From Capsulimonadaceae bacterium (lineage in GTDB: Bacteria; Armatimonadota; Armatimonadia; Armatimonadales; Capsulimonadaceae), in the NCBI GenBank assembly GCA_965215505.1, contig OZ244065.1, positions 128,001 through 192,000 of the forward strand: 64,000 bases of DNA, in the 5' to 3' direction. The notes under the pieces were generated by a model, which made no database searches, was not told the DNA's origin, and saw nothing but the letters and a program-made list of their open reading frames with translations. Below, one piece after another: positions 38,140-48,375 of this stretch; position 1 is the stretch's first letter, and each line of letters opens with the position of its first letter. The translations under genes were made by a program, and so were the position numbers.

Positions 38140-39799
38140 GCCGCACCTCGTCTCGGATCGCCAGCAATGCCTTCATTATGCCCGAAAGGTCGTCCTGCGT
38201 CCCCCGAACGCCGAAGGCGTCGTGGATGCGGCGGTACAGCGCATACAGCCGATCGTAGACGGCCTGACTCGCGGGGTCCGGCTGGAAGACGCGCGGGTTA
38301 AGGGCCGTCATGGCGTCCGTTGCCTCGGCGAAGGAGGGATAAGCCCCCGCCGCCACGGCCCCGGCGATGGCCGACCCCAGGGCCGCCGTCTGCGCGCTGC
38401 GGGAGATCGCGATGGGGCGGCCCATGACGTCGGCGTAGATCTGCATCACCAGCGGGTTCTTGACCGAAATGCCGCCGCAGTTGATGATCGTCTCCACCTT
38501 CTGCCCGTATTCCTCGAACCGCTCCATGATGACGCGGGACCCGAAGGCGGTCGCCTCAATCCAGGCGCGGTACATGTCGGCGGGCGTCGTCTGCAATGTC
38601 AGCCCAATGATGCCACCGGTCAACCGCTGGTCCACCAGAACCGTCCGGTTGCCGTTGTGCCAGTCCAGGGCCAGCAGGCCGCTCTCGCCGGGGAGCAGCT
38701 TGGAGGCAGCGGCAGTCAGCTCCTCGTGCCCCTGCCCGGCGGGCTGGATGCTGCTGACGAACCAGTTGAAGATGTCCCCGACGGCGGACTGTCCCGCTTC
38801 CAGGCCATAGAAGCCAGGCAGGATGGATTCGGGCACGATGCCGCACAGGCCGGGGATGTCGGCGAGGTCAGCGCCCAGCGGCGCGACCATCATGTCGCAC
38901 GTCGAGGTCCCGATGTTCTTGACCAAAGCCCCCGGCTTGATGCCCGACCCGACGCCGCCTAAATGGGCATCAAACGCGCCCACCGAGATCGGGATGCCTT
39001 CCGGCAAGCCGGTCAGGCCCGCCCATTCGGCGGTCAGGGTGCCCGCGACCTCGCCGACGTGGAAGGCATGGTCGGGGAGCGTCCGGCGGAGGCGCACTAG
39101 CCCTGGGTCCAGGCCGCTCAGGAACTCCGCGTCCGGGTAGCCGCCCCACTCGGGGTGGAACATCGCCTTGTGGCCCGCCGCGCAGATGTCGCGCTTCAGA
39201 CGGTCGGGGTGCGTCTCCCCCGTGAGAACGGCGGGAAGCCAATCGGAATGCTCGACCCAAGTGTAGGCGGCCTCGAAAACGGCCGGGTCGGCGCGCAGGC
39301 AGCGCAGGACCTTGGACCAGTACCATTCGGCGCTGTAGATGCCGCCGCATTTGAGAAGATACTGGGGCCGCATCTTCGCGGCAAGTGCGGTGATCTCGGC
39401 GGCCTCGGCGTGGCCCGTGTGGTCCTTCCAGAGATAGACCAGCGCCGCCATGTTGTCCGCAAACTCGGGCTTCAAGGCAAGGGGCGTCCCGTCCACGTCC
39501 ACGGGGATTGGAGTTGAGCCTGTCGTGTCTACGCCCAGCCCGATGACCTGATCGGGCGCGAAGCCGGGGCGCGAAGCCGCCTGCTCCATGACGCTCGCAA
39601 TGACGGACTGCGCGCCGTCCAGATAGTCCTGCGGGTGCTGGCGGGCGACATCCGGGTCGCGCTCGTCGGTCAGGATGCCGGCCTTGCCGTGGGGGTAGGG
39701 GAAGACGCTGGTAGCCAGCTCCTCGCCGGAACTGACGTCCACAATCAGCCCGCGCACGGAACTGGTCCCGTAATCCAGGCCGATGCTATACTGTGGCAT
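38132..39799 (-). CDS. araB: Ribulokinase
   Basis: GLDYGT.S.R, VDTTGST, LWKDH, GGIYS.EW.W.K, AFDAH, GTSTC, LEAGQSAVGD, LDWHNGNR. Confidence 0.95.
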   Translation of the reverse strand: MPQYSIGLDYGTSSVRGLIVDVSSGEELATSVFPYPHGKAGILTDERDPDVARQHPQDYLDGAQSVIASVMEQAASRPGFAPDQVIGLGVDTTGSTPIPVDVDGTPLALKPEFADNMAALVYLWKDHTGHAEAAEITALAAKMRPQYLLKCGGIYSAEWYWSKVLRCLRADPAVFEAAYTWVEHSDWLPAVLTGETHPDRLKRDICAAGHKAMFHPEWGGYPDAEFLSGLDPGLVRLRRTLPDHAFHVGEVAGTLTAEWAGLTGLPEGIPISVGAFDAHLGGVGSGIKPGALVKNIGTSTCDMMVAPLGADLADIPGLCGIVPESILPGFYGLEAGQSAVGDIFNWFVSSIQPAGQGHEELTAAASKLLPGESGLLALDWHNGNRTVLVDQRLTGGIIGLTLQTTPADMYRAWIEATAFGSRVIMERFEEYGQKVETIINCGGISVKNPLVMQIYADVMGRPIAISRSAQTAALGSAIAGAVAAGAYPSFAEATDAMTALNPRVFQPDPASQAVYDRLYALYRRIHDAFGVRGTQDDLSGIMKALLAIRDEVRHV

Positions 39800-40847
39800 G
39801 GGCAGGTTCCTCCTCGAACTCGATCATGGCCTTGACGACGCCGTCCCGATAGTCGGCCACCATGTCGAAACCCTCCTGCGTCCGCGCAAACGGGAAGTGG
39901 TGCGTGACCATCACATTCACATCGATCTCTTTGTTCGCGATCATGTCAATCGCGCTCTGGACGCAGTTGTTCTGGCGTCGGACGTTCTGGACGCAGATCT
40001 CCTTGCGCCGCAGCAGGTTGATGTCGAATGAGACGCGGTTGACGCTCGGGATGCCGATGAGCAGCAGCTTCCCGCCGGGCTTCAGCAGCTCGACGCCCTG
40101 GTCCATCGCCTCCTGCTTGCCGCTGCACTCGAAGACGACATCCAGCAGTTCCGGCTCGCGCTCCTTGACGGCGGCGACGACATCCTCGGTGTCGGGGTTG
40201 CCCACCCAATCGGCCCCGGCGCGGGTCGCCATCTGGAGCCGGGCGTCGATCTTGTCGGTCATGTAGACGTGACCCGCGCCCTGCGCCTTGGCGGGCAGGA
40301 GGACGCTCAGGCCGATCGGCCCCGCCCCCAGGATGCCGACGGTCGCGCCGGGCATGGGGACTGAGAGCGTCAGGGCATAAACGCCGATGGAAAGCGGCTC
40401 GACGATGGCGGCCTCTTCAAACGTCATCGTGTCCGGGATGGGATAGCAGCTTCTTTCCGGCAGCACCAAATACTCGCCGAGGCAGCCCTCCACCTGGCCG
40501 GGGCAGCCCAGGAAGTCCTGGGCACGGCAGGTGTGCGGGCGTCCGGCGAGGCACTGGTCGCAGACGCCGCAGGGCTGGGCGGGGTCAAAGGCGATCCGGT
40601 CGCCCGGCTTCACGCGCGTCACTTTGGGGCCGACCTGGGCGACGAGGCCCGCGCCCTCGTGTCCCACGCCCCACGGGTAGGCGACGCGCTGGCTGCCGAT
40701 GCCGCCCTCGGCGAAGTAGTGGACGTCCGAGCCGCAGATGCCGACGCGGGCCATCTTGATCAGGACATCCGTCGGGCGGGAGAGGGTGGGGGCGGGCACG
40801 TCCCGCATCTCCATACGCCGCAGTCCGGTCAGTTTCATCGCTTGCAT
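39786..40847 (-). CDS. Zn-dependent polyol dehydrogenase (sorbitol/arabitol-DH-like MDR)
   Basis: GICGSDVH, GHE, C..C..C...C, GAGPIG. Confidence 0.9.
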   Translation of the reverse strand: MQAMKLTGLRRMEMRDVPAPTLSRPTDVLIKMARVGICGSDVHYFAEGGIGSQRVAYPWGVGHEGAGLVAQVGPKVTRVKPGDRIAFDPAQPCGVCDQCLAGRPHTCRAQDFLGCPGQVEGCLGEYLVLPERSCYPIPDTMTFEEAAIVEPLSIGVYALTLSVPMPGATVGILGAGPIGLSVLLPAKAQGAGHVYMTDKIDARLQMATRAGADWVGNPDTEDVVAAVKEREPELLDVVFECSGKQEAMDQGVELLKPGGKLLLIGIPSVNRVSFDINLLRRKEICVQNVRRQNNCVQSAIDMIANKEIDVNVMVTHHFPFARTQEGFDMVADYRDGVVKAMIEFEEEPAHATV

Positions 40848-40850
40848 GGT

Positions 40851-42350
40851 CTATAGCCTCAGACGCCAGGCGGCTTCGCTCCAGCGCAGTTCATTGCGGA
40901 AGGCGAGCGCTCTGGTGTCATCGTTGATCAACAGGTACTCGACCCCGGCCAGTTCCGCCCAGTCTATCATCTGCTCGGCGGTCAGGGCCAGTGAGAAGCC
41001 GGTGTGGTGCGCGCCGCCCGCGAGTATCCACGTCTCGGCGGCGACGCGCAGGGACGGCTGCGGCTTCCACAGGACGCGGGCCACGGGAAGCTTGGGCATG
41101 GCCCTTTCGGACTTCACCGCGTCCACCTGGTTGATGATCAGCCGGAACCGATGGCCGAGGTCTATCAAAGAGGCGTTGATGGCGGGGCCGGAAGCGCCGT
41201 CGAAGACCAGCCGGGCGGGGTCGGCCTTGCCGCCGATGCCCAGCGGGTGGACCTCGATGCGCGGCTTGGTGGCCGCGATGGACGGGCAGATCTCCAGCAT
41301 GTGTGAGCCTAGCACGAGTTCATTGCCGGGTTCCAGGTGGTAGGTATAGTCTTCCATGAACGAAGTCCCCTGCGGCAGACCCTCCGCCATGAGCTTCATG
41401 GTACGGACCAGGGCCGCCGTCTTCCAATCGCCCTCCCCGGCGAACCCAAAGCCGGACCCCATCAGCCGCTGCGCGGCAAGACCCGGAAGCTGTGGCAGCC
41501 CGTGCAGGTCTTCAAACGTCGTCGTGAACGCCCCGAAGCCGCCTTCGGTCAGGAAGGCCCGCAGGCCCAATTCGATCCGCGCCTGCTCCCGGACCCGGTC
41601 GCGGGCCGGGCCGTCCGCCTGGACATCGGACGCCAGATCGTAAGTCTCGGCGTACTCCGCCATCAGGCTGGTGACTTCGGCGTCCGAGAAGCCGTTGACG
41701 CGCTCCACCAGGTCGCCGACCCCGTAGCCGTTGACCGACCAGCCCAGCTTGATCTGCGCCTCCACCTTGTCGCCCTCGGTGACGGCGACCTGGCGCATGT
41801 TGTCCCCAAAGCGGGCGACTTTGAGGTCCTTGCCCGCCGTGAACCCGGCCGCCGTCCGTGTCCAGCCGCCGATCTCCTGCCGGACAGCGGGGTCTTCCCA
41901 GTAGCCGACGACGACCTTGCGCGCGACGCCCATGCGCGCCCCGATGAACCCGTATTCCCGGTCGCCGTGGGCGGACTGGTTCAGGTTCATGAAGTCCATG
42001 TCGATGGAATCCCAGGGGATGTCGCGGTTGAACTGGGTGTGCAGGTGCAGGAGCGGCTTGCGGAGTTCGGACAGCCCGGCGATCCACATCTTGGCGGGGG
42101 AGAAGGTGTGCATCCAGGTGATGAGGCCCGCACAGCCGTCGTCGGCGTTCGCCTCGCGGCACAGCGTCCGGATCGCGTCGGGGGTGGTGAGGACGGGCTT
42201 GAACACGACTTTAACGGGGATTTCGGAGGCCCCGTCTAGACCAGCTGTGATCTGCCGGGAGTGTCCCGCCACCTGCTCCAGTGTCTCCGGGCCGTAGAGG
42301 TGCTGGCTGCCGGTGACGAACCAGACGACGTAGTCTTTGAGGGCGGGCAT
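40851..42350 (-). CDS. araA: L-arabinose isomerase
   Basis: [56 protein letters not shown]. Confidence 0.98.
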   Translation of the reverse strand: MPALKDYVVWFVTGSQHLYGPETLEQVAGHSRQITAGLDGASEIPVKVVFKPVLTTPDAIRTLCREANADDGCAGLITWMHTFSPAKMWIAGLSELRKPLLHLHTQFNRDIPWDSIDMDFMNLNQSAHGDREYGFIGARMGVARKVVVGYWEDPAVRQEIGGWTRTAAGFTAGKDLKVARFGDNMRQVAVTEGDKVEAQIKLGWSVNGYGVGDLVERVNGFSDAEVTSLMAEYAETYDLASDVQADGPARDRVREQARIELGLRAFLTEGGFGAFTTTFEDLHGLPQLPGLAAQRLMGSGFGFAGEGDWKTAALVRTMKLMAEGLPQGTSFMEDYTYHLEPGNELVLGSHMLEICPSIAATKPRIEVHPLGIGGKADPARLVFDGASGPAINASLIDLGHRFRLIINQVDAVKSERAMPKLPVARVLWKPQPSLRVAAETWILAGGAHHTGFSLALTAEQMIDWAELAGVEYLLINDDTRALAFRNELRWSEAAWRLRL

Positions 42351-42399
42351 AGTGTGGCTTCCTTAGCGTCGACGGGGGTTGATTAGGTAAAACAGCCTG

Positions 42400-42428
42400 A
42401 TTATACCGGCTTAGGGCGGGCCTGTCAA
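42400..42428 (-). promoter_or_regulatory. Consensus sigma70 promoter of the ara operon
   Basis: TTGACA-N17-TATAAT. Confidence 0.85.
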
Positions 42429-42444
42429 ATCGGGGCGGCAGTGG

Positions 42445-42470
42445 AAAACCCCGGTGCCTTCGCACCGGGG
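42445..42470 (-). terminator. Intrinsic terminator of the upstream lipoprotein gene
   Basis: Minus strand CCCCGGTGCGAAGGCACCGGGGTTTT. Confidence 0.75.
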
Positions 42471-42495
42471 CTTGTTCTGCTTCATCTGTCGGCGG

Positions 42496-43071
42496 CTACT
42501 GTGATGCACTCGCATACTGGTCGGCGGACTGGACAGTGCCCCCGTTTACGCCGTTCTGCGGGTTGGGGTTGACCTGCACCGGCGGCTGGTATGCACTCGG
42601 GTTGTTCGGGTCGAAGCCGTTGCCCAGAGCCTGCTGCGCCTGGTCAGCGGGCACCTGAACGCCCTGGGCCGGGGCTTGCAGCCAGACGACGGTGTGGTTC
42701 GCGTCGTTCTTGCGGTAGTAGATCGCGCCCTTGTTCGGCCCTTTGTCTTCACGGTAAAGCTGAGGGTTTGCGCCCGCCCCGCCGTTCTGCGCCGCCTGCG
42801 CGTCCTGCTTCTTGTAGCGGGTGTACATGTAGTAAAGCAGGGCCGCGCCTGCCAGAAGTATGACTTTCTGCTTGGTGCTGAGGCCCGCCTTGGCCGGCTG
42901 GGCGTTCGGCTGGGCGGTGGTCGCGTCGGCAGGAGCCGGGGCGCTGGCGCTTGACTGATCGGGAGCGTTGTTCTTTCCGCCGCAGCCCGCCGTGACTGCC
43001 AGCGTCGGCAGGGCGAGCGAGGCGACGAGCGCGAGCGCGATGAAGCGCGGGGCGCGGGGGGCGCGTGTCAT
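42496..43071 (-). CDS. Hypothetical lipoprotein
   Basis: VTAGC lipobox, internal hydrophobic segment, AGGAG SD. Confidence 0.75.
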   Translation of the reverse strand: MTRAPRAPRFIALALVASLALPTLAVTAGCGGKNNAPDQSSASAPAPADATTAQPNAQPAKAGLSTKQKVILLAGAALLYYMYTRYKKQDAQAAQNGGAGANPQLYREDKGPNKGAIYYRKNDANHTVVWLQAPAQGVQVPADQAQQALGNGFDPNNPSAYQPPVQVNPNPQNGVNGGTVQSADQYASASQ

Positions 43072-43184
43072 GGGTGGTGTCTCCTGTGTGGGCCGGTCCG
43101 GGAGCGGCGTCTGTCCCGGAATGTACCCGGCCCGGCAGGCGTTTAATCCCCTTTCACCCCCGCCCATCGGGTATCATGGGCGGC

Positions 43185-43601
43185 ATGAGCAGTGCCCATC
43201 CCTCCGACCTGGCTTCAGACCGGCCCGTCTGCGTCGCCATCGTCATCTGTAACGAGATCATCGAGGACAAGCGGACCAGCAACAAGACGCTGGTCAGCCT
43301 GTTCAACTCGGTCGGCGTCCCCGCCCTGCCCGCGACCCACCCCCGGCTGTTCTTGATGGCTTCCCTGACCAACCTGCGGGAAGAGCTGCCGGTGACGTTC
43401 AGCATCAAGGGGCCGTCGGGGCGGGAGGTCCTGCGGGTGAACGGGTCGGTCAGCAGCGGCGGCGACCCGCTGATCGTGGTGGACATGGTCGTGGAGGTGC
43501 TGGGGCTGCCCATCGGCGAGGAGGGCGTCCACTTCGTGGACGTGCTGACCGGCGACGCGCTCCTGGGCAGCCGGCGGTTCACGGTGCGTCTGCTGGGCTG
43601 A
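43185..43601 (+). CDS. DUF6941-like hypothetical protein
   Basis: AIVICNEIIEDKRTSNKTLVSLFN..P...F.V pattern. TATCAT 7 nt upstream of ATG. Confidence 0.75.
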   Translation: MSSAHPSDLASDRPVCVAIVICNEIIEDKRTSNKTLVSLFNSVGVPALPATHPRLFLMASLTNLREELPVTFSIKGPSGREVLRVNGSVSSGGDPLIVVDMVVEVLGLPIGEEGVHFVDVLTGDALLGSRRFTVRLLG

Positions 43602-44571
43602 CCCGCCGGCCCGTCTCAGACGACTCGATGGCGGCATAGGCCAGGGCCAGCGCCCTGCGCCCCGCTTCGGCGGGCACGGGCGGCGGCAGGCCCTCTTTGA
43701 ACGCCGTCAGCAGGGCGTCCATGTAGGCATCAAAAGTGCGGTGGAACTCGCGGTCCCGGTCGTTGAAGTAGCCCGCCGACCAGACCTCGCCGGTTTCGCT
43801 GCCGGCCTGCTGGACCGTGTAGCGGCGCACGGTGTCTTCAATCACGACGCGGCCCGATTTCCCGTTGATCTCCACATGATGCGTGTTCGGGTAGGCGTAG
43901 GACGAGTCGTAGCTGCCGAGCAGTGTCCCGACCGCGCCACTCGTGAAGGCCAGGGCAAGAGCCAGCGTGCGGAAGCCGCCGCCGGTCGTGTCGGTCATCT
44001 GGGCCGTGACCGACTCGATGGGGCCGCACAAAAACTCCAGCATGTCAAACCCGTGGCACTGCGTCTCAATCAGGTTGGCGTGGGGGTGGTCGCTCGCGCC
44101 CTCGCCGCCGAAGCGCCAGGTGGCAAACACGAGTGGGCCGAGCCGCCCCGCCTCGATGGCCGCCTTCGCCTTCTGGACGGGCTGGGCGTAGCGGTGGTTG
44201 AAGTTGATCGCGAAGAACAGGCCGCGCTCGGCGGCCTCGGCGATGAGCGTGTCCGCCTCACCGAGATCGAAGACAAGGGGCTTTTCCGCCAGCAGAGGGT
44301 AGCCCGCCCGGATGACTTGCCGCGTCGCGTCGAAGTGCCCCTGGTTCGGCAGGGACAGGCTGACCAGGTCGGGCCGCTCGCGGTCCAGCATCTCGCCGAT
44401 GTCGGTGTAAGCCCGCACCCTGAACTCCGATGCCCGCGCCTGCGTCTTCTCCGGCGTCCGCCCGACGATGGCGCAGAATTCCACATCGGGGCGTTCGGAA
44501 AAGATGCGCGCGTGCTGCCGGCCCCAGCCCCCGGCCCCGATGAGGGCCACTTTGACTCGCTCTTTGCTCAT
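43579..44571 (-). CDS. Gfo/Idh/MocA oxidoreductase
   Basis: IGAGGWG, AEKP, NFNHRY, H..D. Confidence 0.92.
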   Translation of the reverse strand: MSKERVKVALIGAGGWGRQHARIFSERPDVEFCAIVGRTPEKTQARASEFRVRAYTDIGEMLDRERPDLVSLSLPNQGHFDATRQVIRAGYPLLAEKPLVFDLGEADTLIAEAAERGLFFAINFNHRYAQPVQKAKAAIEAGRLGPLVFATWRFGGEGASDHPHANLIETQCHGFDMLEFLCGPIESVTAQMTDTTGGGFRTLALALAFTSGAVGTLLGSYDSSYAYPNTHHVEINGKSGRVVIEDTVRRYTVQQAGSETGEVWSAGYFNDRDREFHRTFDAYMDALLTAFKEGLPPPVPAEAGRRALALAYAAIESSETGRRVSPADAP

Positions 44572-45566
44572 TGCTCGATGACCACTTTCCCCGTCTCGCC
44601 GCCGAAAAACGTCTCGAACGCCGTTTGTATTTCGCCCACCGGGTAGCGGTGCGTGATGATGGACGCGAGATAGTCCCGGTGTGCCCGCAGGCGTTCCAGG
44701 TTGGCGGTCAACTCGTCGTAGCGGAAATACTCGCTGCCCAAAACCGCCCGCTCGGGGGCGATGAGGTCGGGCGAAACGTCCAGCGTCAGCCCCTGTCCGT
44801 GCCCGACGCAGACCAGTACGCCGCGAGGGTCCAGCGCGTCCAGCGCGGACCGCCGCGCCGCTTCCTTGCCGCTCGTGTCTATCGCGGCATCCACGGTCGG
44901 CAGGGCATTTGCAGGCAGCCGGATCGGGACGCCGCCCAACCGTTCGGCCAGTGCCAGCCGGTAGGGGATGGTGTCCGTGATGAACACGGGCAGGTCCCGC
45001 CCCACGAGCAGCTTCGCCATCGCCAGGACGCCCAGGCCGATCGGACCCGCCCCCGCCACCAGCAGCGATTTGATGTCTGGCCGGACGGCCTGCGCGCGGG
45101 CGATGGCGTGGCCGCCCGTGCCCATGATGTCCAGCAGCAGGGTCGCCTCGGTCAAGGACACGTCCGGCGTCACTGGGAAAAAGACGTTCTCGTGGACCAG
45201 TTCATACGGCCCGTAACCGCCGTCCTGCGTGAACCCCATGTCGGCGCGCTTGGCCGCGCACTGGTTGGTATGCCCGAGCCGACACGACCGGCAGGCCCCG
45301 CAGAAGTCCATCAGGAAGATGACGCCGGGTGTCCCGGCCGGGGTGTGTGTGTCCGGCCCCGCCTGGGCGACGACGCCGGCCGCCTCGTGGCCGGGCGTCA
45401 CCGAGGAGCCGCCCTGGAACTGCCCGCGCTCGGACCCGCACAGGGCGTTGGCCTTGACCTGAATCAGAAGCTGGCCCGGCCCCGGCGATGGGACGGGCTT
45501 TTCGCCGAATGTGATGCGCCCACCGCCGCCGAACTGCGGGACGGGCATGGTATTCGGGATGGGCAT
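44568..45566 (-). CDS. Zn-binding alcohol dehydrogenase (MDR)
   Basis: ALCGSE, PGHE, CGACRSC...C, GAGPIG. Start at 45566 or 45590. Confidence 0.9.
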   Translation of the reverse strand: MPIPNTMPVPQFGGGGRITFGEKPVPSPGPGQLLIQVKANALCGSERGQFQGGSSVTPGHEAAGVVAQAGPDTHTPAGTPGVIFLMDFCGACRSCRLGHTNQCAAKRADMGFTQDGGYGPYELVHENVFFPVTPDVSLTEATLLLDIMGTGGHAIARAQAVRPDIKSLLVAGAGPIGLGVLAMAKLLVGRDLPVFITDTIPYRLALAERLGGVPIRLPANALPTVDAAIDTSGKEAARRSALDALDPRGVLVCVGHGQGLTLDVSPDLIAPERAVLGSEYFRYDELTANLERLRAHRDYLASIITHRYPVGEIQTAFETFFGGETGKVVIEQ

Positions 45567-45614
45567 GGGGAACAGCCTTTCGGAACCCACCCTGCCGCGA
45601 GCGGCGGGGTGGGT

Positions 45615-47411
45615 TCATCTCTCAATCGCCGCCCGCCGCGTCTGGATCGCCTTCAGCCGCGCGGCGTCGAACTTGAGCCGGCGGTCGAACGTGTAGATGC
45701 CGTTCAACTCCGGGTGGACGTCCGTGAGCTGCGTGTAGCAGTAGCCGAACATGTGCGGGTTGTCCAGCAGGATGTCGCACACGTCCCCGAAGCGGCGGTA
45801 GAAGTCGTCCAGCGTCTTCGGTCCGCCGCCGTAGCCCCAGCTCTTGTTCGCCAAGGCCATCTCCGACTCGATGACCCATTTGAAGCCGCCGAACTCGCTC
45901 ACGAAGTACGGCTGGCCTTCATAGGCGATTGACCAGTTCGTGCCGTCGTTCTTGTGGACCTTGCCTTTCGCCATGTTGGCGTGGCGCTTGCGGAACTTGG
46001 CGATACCGACCTCGTAGTCCTTCTCGTCGATGTAGTCGTGCGAGTCGTAGATGTCCGCCCCGCGAACGCGGTGCGAGTAGCCGGAGGTGTCCAGGACGGG
46101 CCGGGAGGTGTCCATGGCTTTGGTCGCCAGGTACATGCCGTGCGTCACGTCGTCCAGGATCGTGATCTCGTCGCCGATCTTCTGCCAGGTCTCGTTCAGC
46201 GGGCACCAGCCGATGATGCTGGGGTGCGAGTAGTCCCGCGCCAGTGCCTCCAGCCACTGCGTGATGTAGGCCGCGCCGGGTTTCTGGTGGTCGCTCGACC
46301 CGCCGTGCCCGCCGCAGCCCCAGTCGCCGAACTCGCCCCAGATCAGATAGCCCATGCGGTCGGCGTGGTAGAGGAACCGCTCTTCAAAGACCTTCTGGTG
46401 CAGGCGCGCGCCGTTGAAGCCGACGTCCTGGCTCATTTGAATGTCCGCGATCAGGGCGGTGTCGGTGGGCGCGGTCATCACGCCGTCGGGGTAGTAGCCC
46501 TGGTCCAGCACGAGCCGCTGGAAGACCGTCTCGCCGTTGAGCTTGACCTTCTGGCCGTCAATCGCCACGGAGCGCAGCCCGGCGTAGCTCGTCGCCGAAT
46601 CCACGACCGTGCCGTCGGCGTCGCGCAGGCTGATCTCGATGTCGTACAGGTGGGGGTCCGAAACCGACCAGAGCCGCCGCCGGTCTTCGGGGATGGAGAG
46701 TGTCAGGCGCGGCGCAAGGTCCAGGTGTGCGGCGACGGAGGCAGACGCCACCTCGTCCGCCCCGTCAGTGAGGGCCGCGTGAAGCGTCAGGCCGGGCCGG
46801 TTCTGCGTCAGCGGCTGCTCCAGGTGGAACGCGCCGTTCGCGACATCGGGCGTCAGGCGCGGGCGGCCCAAGGCTGCTTCGGGGACCGGCTCGATCCACA
46901 CGGTCTGCCAGATGCCCGTCGTCCGCGTGTACAGGCAGCCGTGCGGGGCGTAAGCCTGGGACTGCTTGCCGCGCGCCTTGGGCGTCTTCCAGTCGTCGCG
47001 CGCCCGGACAACGACGGTGAACGTGTCGCCGCCGGTGACGGTCTTCAAAGTCGCCGAGAACGGCGTGAAGCCGCCCCGGTGGCGGATGACTTCTACGCCG
47101 TCCACCCAGACGGTCGCATCGTAATCCACCGCCCCGAAGTGCAGCAGGACGTGGCGGCCCTTCCACTCTTTGGGCACTTTGACCGTCTTGCGATACCAGA
47201 CGGCGGCCAGGAAATCCGTGTGGCCGACGCCGGACAGCGGCGACTCGGGGCAGAACGGGACGGTGATCTTTTCGGCAAGATGGCTGCTCACGAGGTTTCG
47301 TGCCAGTCCGCTGTCGCTGTTATCAATTTCAAACTCCCATTCGCCGTTCAGGCACAGCCAATCCGGGCGGACGAACTGCGGGCGGGGGTACTCGGGGCGG
47401 GGGATGGTCAT
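45615..47411 (-). CDS. Glycoside hydrolase family 2
   Basis: PRPEYPRPQF, HFGAVD, TGIWQTVW, LDQGYYP, R.HQK, W..LNE, SEFGG, YTQLTDV..E.NG. Confidence 0.93.
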   Translation of the reverse strand: MTIPRPEYPRPQFVRPDWLCLNGEWEFEIDNSDSGLARNLVSSHLAEKITVPFCPESPLSGVGHTDFLAAVWYRKTVKVPKEWKGRHVLLHFGAVDYDATVWVDGVEVIRHRGGFTPFSATLKTVTGGDTFTVVVRARDDWKTPKARGKQSQAYAPHGCLYTRTTGIWQTVWIEPVPEAALGRPRLTPDVANGAFHLEQPLTQNRPGLTLHAALTDGADEVASASVAAHLDLAPRLTLSIPEDRRRLWSVSDPHLYDIEISLRDADGTVVDSATSYAGLRSVAIDGQKVKLNGETVFQRLVLDQGYYPDGVMTAPTDTALIADIQMSQDVGFNGARLHQKVFEERFLYHADRMGYLIWGEFGDWGCGGHGGSSDHQKPGAAYITQWLEALARDYSHPSIIGWCPLNETWQKIGDEITILDDVTHGMYLATKAMDTSRPVLDTSGYSHRVRGADIYDSHDYIDEKDYEVGIAKFRKRHANMAKGKVHKNDGTNWSIAYEGQPYFVSEFGGFKWVIESEMALANKSWGYGGGPKTLDDFYRRFGDVCDILLDNPHMFGYCYTQLTDVHPELNGIYTFDRRLKFDAARLKAIQTRRAAIER

Positions 47412-47459
47412 GGTTGCTCCTTCGCGAACTTTGGGCTATAATACTCCATTCGTCCCGTC

Positions 47460-48302
47460 ATGTCCATCATCTATATCAACACCGACCTACGCGAAACACA
47501 CATGCTCGGGGCGCAGACGCGCGAATGGCTGGTCAGCGCCGCACTCTGTCCGGCCCTTGCCCCCCACGGCATCCTGTTGGCTGGATTGACCGACGCCGGG
47601 CCGGGATTCCGCTTCGTCCGGCCCGCTCCCCGCTGGGGTCAACTCCTCATCTGCACGGCGGGCGTCGGCTGGGTCTGGGTTGACGGTGAGTGGCTGCGCT
47701 GTGAGGCCGGAACGGCCTATGTGACCCCGGCGGGCGTCCTCCATGCCTACCAGGCCGACTCGGACACGCGCTGGGAACTCTGCTGGGTGCAGTCGTCCGA
47801 GGACTGGCTGTGCCTCGCGGACGCCCCCCGCCTTCTATCGGTGGATACGGCTCCTCTGGCCTCCGCCCTGACCGGCCTGCGACGGGAGGTGACGGAGGCC
47901 GCCGACGCGGCCCTGCTGCCGCCCTGGGCCTTCCTGGTAGCCGCCTATGCCCGCCGGATGGTGCGTCCCGAGGCGGGCGACCCGCGCCTGCGCCGCTTGT
48001 GGGAGGCCGTCGGAGCCGACCTCGCCTACCCCTGGACTGTAGAGGCTTTAGCGGCCCTCGCCAACATCAGCGGCGAACACCTGCGCCGTCTGTGCCGGCG
48101 GCATTTAGGGCGCAGTCCGATGAGCCACGTCACGGCCCTGCGGATGCGTCTGGCGATGGCCCTGCTCGCCTCCGAGTCCTACACCATCGAGACGGTAGCC
48201 CAGCAGGTCGGCTACGACAGCCCGTTCGCCTTCAGTGCCGCCTTCAAGCGGCACCAGGGGGTTTCGCCTTCCGAATACCGCCGGCAGGCGCACGGACGGT
48301 GA
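47460..48302 (+). CDS. AraC-family transcriptional regulator
   Basis: N-terminal cupin and C-terminal double HTH (VGYDSPFAFSAAFKR..G.SPSEYR). Divergent from GH2. Confidence 0.94.
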   Translation: MSIIYINTDLRETHMLGAQTREWLVSAALCPALAPHGILLAGLTDAGPGFRFVRPAPRWGQLLICTAGVGWVWVDGEWLRCEAGTAYVTPAGVLHAYQADSDTRWELCWVQSSEDWLCLADAPRLLSVDTAPLASALTGLRREVTEAADAALLPPWAFLVAAYARRMVRPEAGDPRLRRLWEAVGADLAYPWTVEALAALANISGEHLRRLCRRHLGRSPMSHVTALRMRLAMALLASESYTIETVAQQVGYDSPFAFSAAFKRHQGVSPSEYRRQAHGR

Positions 48303-48375
48303 ACCGGCGGGGGAAGAACACGAAACCAGCGTGCCGAATGGTGTATAATGCCTGGAAGTGCCGAGGAGGTGTCAC

